In this document: in pieces, positions 62,795 through 64,000 of the stretch | Position numbering within the stretch: position 1 is the stretch's first letter | How the letters are laid out: each line of letters starts with the position of its first letter | Source of the DNA: Aplysia californica | Taxonomy: Eukaryota | Length of the DNA stretch: 64,000 nucleotides | Reading direction: 5' to 3' | Assembly: GCF_000002075.1 (NCBI RefSeq) | Contig: NW_004797683.1 | Span: 41,017-105,016 of the forward strand | Translations under genes and position numbers: made by a program | Notes under the pieces: generated by a model | Databases searched by the model: none | Told to the model about the DNA's origin: nothing | Seen by the model: only the letters and a program-made list of their open reading frames with translations

Positions 62795-63756
62795 AATAGA
62801 TTTACTTTTGAATGTATATATGTATATCTTATGTAGATCTCCATCCTACATCTGAATGTGTGTGTGGGAGGGGGGTGGGGTGGATAAGAAACTAAATGCT
62901 TTATTCCCACCCTCACCCCATGTCCACTCCCAACCCCCATCCCCTACTCCCAATGAACACAATGTCCATCAAATACAATTAATTTGATTCTAACGGACAA
63001 GTCAGCGTTTGTTTAATACTCACGCTGCCAGCGTAGTGGTGAAGCTCGAAGTGAGCCTCGACCTGTCCAGCCTTCTTGGGCTTTCCAGCCTTGCCGTAGT
63101 TCTTGGACTTGCCCAGATGGTTGCCGTTGAGCTTGTCCAGGAAAGTCTTGTCGCTGGCCTTGGGGAACATGCACTCTTCCTCAAGGATGGACAAGATACC
63201 CATGGGCTGTGGATGCAGGTTGAGTTGAGTTGATGTTCGAGCTGAGATTTCACATTAATTGCATTTTTTTTAAAGGAAGGGTAAAAAAAAACAGGCCTAT
63301 AAATTAATACTTACCATCATCAATACGAGCAATCCTGTCATTGTTTTCAGAGGAATTTAAAGTGTGGTGACAAGTGTGTGTGCGCGTATATATAGTTATG
63401 ATGCCGCACCAACTTTTTCTTTGTGGAGAAAAACAAAATCACTTTTTACTCAAACAAAAGAAAAAAATGACGTTTTCGGCAGTGCTGATGTTAAGTTCAG
63501 CGCTATTACTATTTCCCGACTAATCCCAATCTAGTTATGTAGACAGGTTTCATAATTTGACCAATGGTCATCCGTTCCTACTCACCTTCTCAATCAGATC
63601 GATGGCGGCCTGCAAGTCCATACCGAAGTCAATGAACTCCCAGTCAATTCCTTCCTTCTTGTATTCCTCCTGCTCGAGGATGAACATGTGATGGTTGAAG
63701 AACTGCTGCAGACGCTCGTTGGTGTAGTTGATGCAAAGCTGCTCGAAGCTGTTGAA
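31404..63756 (-). CDS. Mhc: Muscle myosin II heavy chain gene, partial (relay region to C-terminus); 5' exons lie outside the window
   Basis: More than 25 GT-AG exons in continuous phase (apart from one gap-hidden exon) encoding [52 protein letters not shown] motifs and the heptad rod. Confidence 0.98.
32789..32851 (-). CDS. Mhc: Mhc tailpiece exon T4 ([20 protein letters not shown])
   Basis: Acceptor ctttctttttAG, phase 0; paralogous to T3; possible donor GAG|GTTCGC 6 nt after the stop. Confidence 0.72.
   Translation of the reverse strand, partial: GTTFVKRRVTQSVSRHIVSA
33181..33237 (-). CDS. Mhc: Mhc tailpiece exon T3 ([18 protein letters not shown])
   Basis: Acceptor ..gtgtgcAG, phase 0; shares TQSVSRHI(I/V)SA* with T4; donor GTAAAT 19 nt after the stop. 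Confidence 0.72.
   Translation of the reverse strand, partial: SSVTVKRTQSVSRHIISA
33809..33859 (-). CDS. Mhc: Mhc tailpiece exon T2 ([16 protein letters not shown])
   Basis: Acceptor ..tgaacAG, phase 0, Ser/Thr/Val-rich; donor GTAAGA 5 nt after the stop. Confidence 0.6.
   Translation of the reverse strand, partial: GVSVTSTSVRREIQTE
34963..35046 (-). CDS. Mhc: Mhc tailpiece exon T1 ([27 protein letters not shown])
   Basis: Acceptor cttccacAG, phase 0, GC-rich coding-like island; donor GAG|GTAACC 41 nt after the stop (exon end 34922). Confidence 0.72.
   Translation of the reverse strand, partial: FPSPSSASVPRGMSTERSARAPSQSQS
35971..36129 (-). CDS. Mhc: Mhc last common rod exon ([13 protein letters not shown]...RTSASPG)
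   Basis: CAG acceptor, GGG|GTAAGA donor, 53 codons. Confidence 0.93.
36747..36947 (-). CDS. Mhc: Mhc rod exon ([14 protein letters not shown]...KRQVEEA)
   Basis: GT-AG, 67 codons. Confidence 0.95.
37394..37520 (-). CDS. Mhc: Mhc rod exon ([42 protein letters not shown])
   Basis: GT-AG, phase 2 to 0. Confidence 0.95.
38059..38171 (-). CDS. Mhc: Mhc rod exon (TDLDEMSNE...ELRQEQEH)
   Basis: GT-AG, phase 0 to 2. Confidence 0.95.
38517..38648 (-). CDS. Mhc: Mhc rod exon ([12 protein letters not shown]...VQAMQ)
   Basis: GT-AG, 44 codons. Confidence 0.95.
39109..39237 (-). CDS. Mhc: Mhc rod exon ([11 protein letters not shown]...ALEQ)
   Basis: GT-AG, 43 codons. Confidence 0.95.
39645..39837 (-). 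CDS. Mhc: Mhc rod exon ([17 protein letters not shown]...QQTIR)
   Basis: GT-AG, phase 2 to 0. Confidence 0.95.
40133..40373 (-). CDS. Mhc: Mhc rod exon (..[17 protein letters not shown]...EFENT); 5' boundary lacks AG
   Basis: Clear rod homology and GTAAGT donor; start inferred from phase and homology. Confidence 0.85.
40654..40870 (-). CDS. Mhc: Mhc rod exon ([17 protein letters not shown]...ENKNLA)
   Basis: GT-AG, phase 0 to 1. Confidence 0.95.
41235..41367 (-). CDS. Mhc: Mhc rod exon ([12 protein letters not shown]...IDVER)
   Basis: GT-AG, phase 2 to 0. Confidence 0.95.
41810..42006 (-). CDS. Mhc: Mhc rod exon ([11 protein letters not shown]...ELEES)
   Basis: GT-AG, phase 0 to 2. Confidence 0.95.
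42334..42579 (-). CDS. Mhc: Mhc rod exon (GMSEKMSKQ...LEDETR)
   Basis: GT-AG, 82 codons. Confidence 0.95.
43032..43110 (-). CDS. Mhc: Mhc hinge mutually exclusive exon B ([26 protein letters not shown])
   Basis: 79 nt, same length and phase (2 to 0) as exon A, ccAG/GTACTT sites, aligns residue for residue with A. Confidence 0.85.
43848..43926 (-). CDS. Mhc: Mhc hinge mutually exclusive exon A ([26 protein letters not shown])
   Basis: 79 nt, CAG/GTAGCT sites. Confidence 0.92.
44388..44641 (-). CDS. Mhc: Mhc rod exon ([15 protein letters not shown]...QKVKS)
   Basis: GT-AG, phase 0 to 2. Confidence 0.95.
45681..45737 (-). CDS. Mhc: Mhc rod exon ([19 protein letters not shown]), first exon shared with headless isoforms
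   Basis: ttgcAG acceptor, AAG|GTGAGT donor, 19 codons. Confidence 0.95.
46166..46199 (-). promoter_or_regulatory. Candidate internal core promoter P2 (TATATAAAG at -30, Inr-like TTAGTT with A at 46169)
   Basis: Canonical TATA-Inr spacing; ATG-free 411-nt leader to in-frame ATG 45758. Confidence 0.55.
48508..49047 (-). CDS. Catchin/myorod-specific first coding exon (180 aa Ser/Pro/Glu-rich non-helical head)
   Basis: [12 protein letters not shown]...KAMLE inside the S2 intron; AAAATG start; GAA|GTACGT phase-0 donor that joins in frame to ARIEEL; the ~826 shared rod residues fit the described bivalve catchin layout. Confidence 0.85.
49507..49567 (-). promoter_or_regulatory. Catchin core promoter P1 (TATATAAA 49545-49538, Inr-like TCATTT 49512-49507, E-box CACGTG 49530-49535, CCAAT 49563-49567)
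   Basis: Motifs read directly; ATG-free ~460-nt leader to ATG 49047. Confidence 0.65.
55256..55346 (-). CDS. Mhc: Mhc S2 exon ([30 protein letters not shown])
   Basis: TAG/GTGATT, phase 2 to 0. Confidence 0.93.
56322..56531 (-). CDS. Mhc: Mhc S2 exon ([12 protein letters not shown]...LEQTLDE)
   Basis: GT-AG, 70 codons. Confidence 0.95.
56999..57151 (-). CDS. Mhc: Mhc S2 exon ([14 protein letters not shown]...NTLAK)
   Basis: GT-AG, 51 codons. Confidence 0.95.
57548..57860 (-). CDS. Mhc: Mhc exon: RLC-binding IQ, WxWW..KVKPLL head-rod junction, start of S2
   Basis: GT-AG, phase 2 to 0. Confidence 0.96.
58382..58639 (-). CDS. Mhc: Mhc exon: converter and ELC-binding IQ
   Basis: [25 protein letters not shown]; GT-AG. 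Confidence 0.96.
59166..59283 (-). CDS. Mhc: Mhc exon: SH2/SH1 helix ([23 protein letters not shown])
   Basis: GT-AG, phase 1 to 2. Confidence 0.96.
59517..59604 (-). CDS. Mhc: Mhc exon ([29 protein letters not shown])
   Basis: GT-AG, phase 0 to 1. Confidence 0.96.
60957..61024 (-). CDS. Mhc: Mhc loop-2 mutually exclusive exon B ([23 protein letters not shown])
   Basis: tttgtAG / AAG|GTATCC, 68 nt, phase 1 to 0. Confidence 0.9.
61624..61694 (-). CDS. Mhc: Mhc loop-2 mutually exclusive exon A ([24 protein letters not shown])
   Basis: cccacaAG / AAG|GTCAGG, 71 nt, phase 1 to 0; FQT.S..HK shared with exon B. Confidence 0.82.
62452..62572 (-). CDS. Mhc: Mhc motor exon ([21 protein letters not shown]...FAAPE)
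   Basis: GT-AG, phase 0 to 1. Confidence 0.96.
63024..63206 (-). CDS. Mhc: Mhc motor exon ([16 protein letters not shown]...[10 protein letters not shown])
   Basis: GT-AG, 61 codons. Confidence 0.96.
63586..63756 (-). CDS. Mhc: Mhc motor exon, relay helix/loop ([14 protein letters not shown]...IDLIEK)
   Basis: GT-AG, 57 codons. Confidence 0.96.
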
Positions 63757-64000
63757 CTGTTGTCGGGAGAAAAAAATGAGGATAAAATTCAATGATGGGA
63801 AAGGCATTGGTGACGAATGGTGTGCGTGTTGGGGTTTTTCTTTCAACTTTTTTCTCATGCGAAGTAGGAACTGAAAATTGTCAACAGTCTATAAGAACAA
63901 GAGGATGCGTGATCTTGTCAGAAAATGCGTTTGCTGTTCGTTTAAAAAGTTGTAAGGAAGTGTTTTTCCCTTGGCTAAATAAAGGGCGATCTATACATCC

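Noticed and set aside
63207-64000. Duplicate relay exon (alternatively spliced in arthropod Mhc)
   Set aside because: Only one copy is visible; a paralogue upstream of the window cannot be excluded

Overview
Eukaryotic, intron-rich draft-assembly window with many N gaps and microsatellites. It is most likely from a gastropod mollusc (inferred from the myosin sequence, the catchin-type exon and Nin/CORE SINEs). It holds two convergent genes. (1) A paraoxonase/arylesterase (PON-family) gene on + (CDS 10291..25652): 5 exons were found and one blade-5 exon is missing near a gap and an exact duplication. (2) The 3' three quarters of a muscle myosin II heavy chain gene on - (63756 down to 31404; the 5' exons lie beyond the window). 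The myosin locus reads as a combinatorial isoform system. It has a pair of mutually exclusive loop-2 exons and a pair of mutually exclusive S2/LMM hinge exons with a dense TGCATG (Rbfox-type) cluster between them. It has an internal catchin/myorod promoter with a 180-codon unique exon. A candidate second internal TATA/Inr promoter would make a nearly bare, paramyosin-sized rod ([13 protein letters not shown]...). It ends in five alternative tailpiece exons, four of which place their stop 5-41 nt before a donor site. The left 8.4 kb is a nest of transposons (Tc1 remnant, RNase H-bearing LINEs, L2-group LINE), and the PON introns hold SINEs, MITEs and a Mutator-like element with a 9-bp TSD. All exon boundaries were read by eye from GT/AG sites and phase continuity; no transcript evidence was available.
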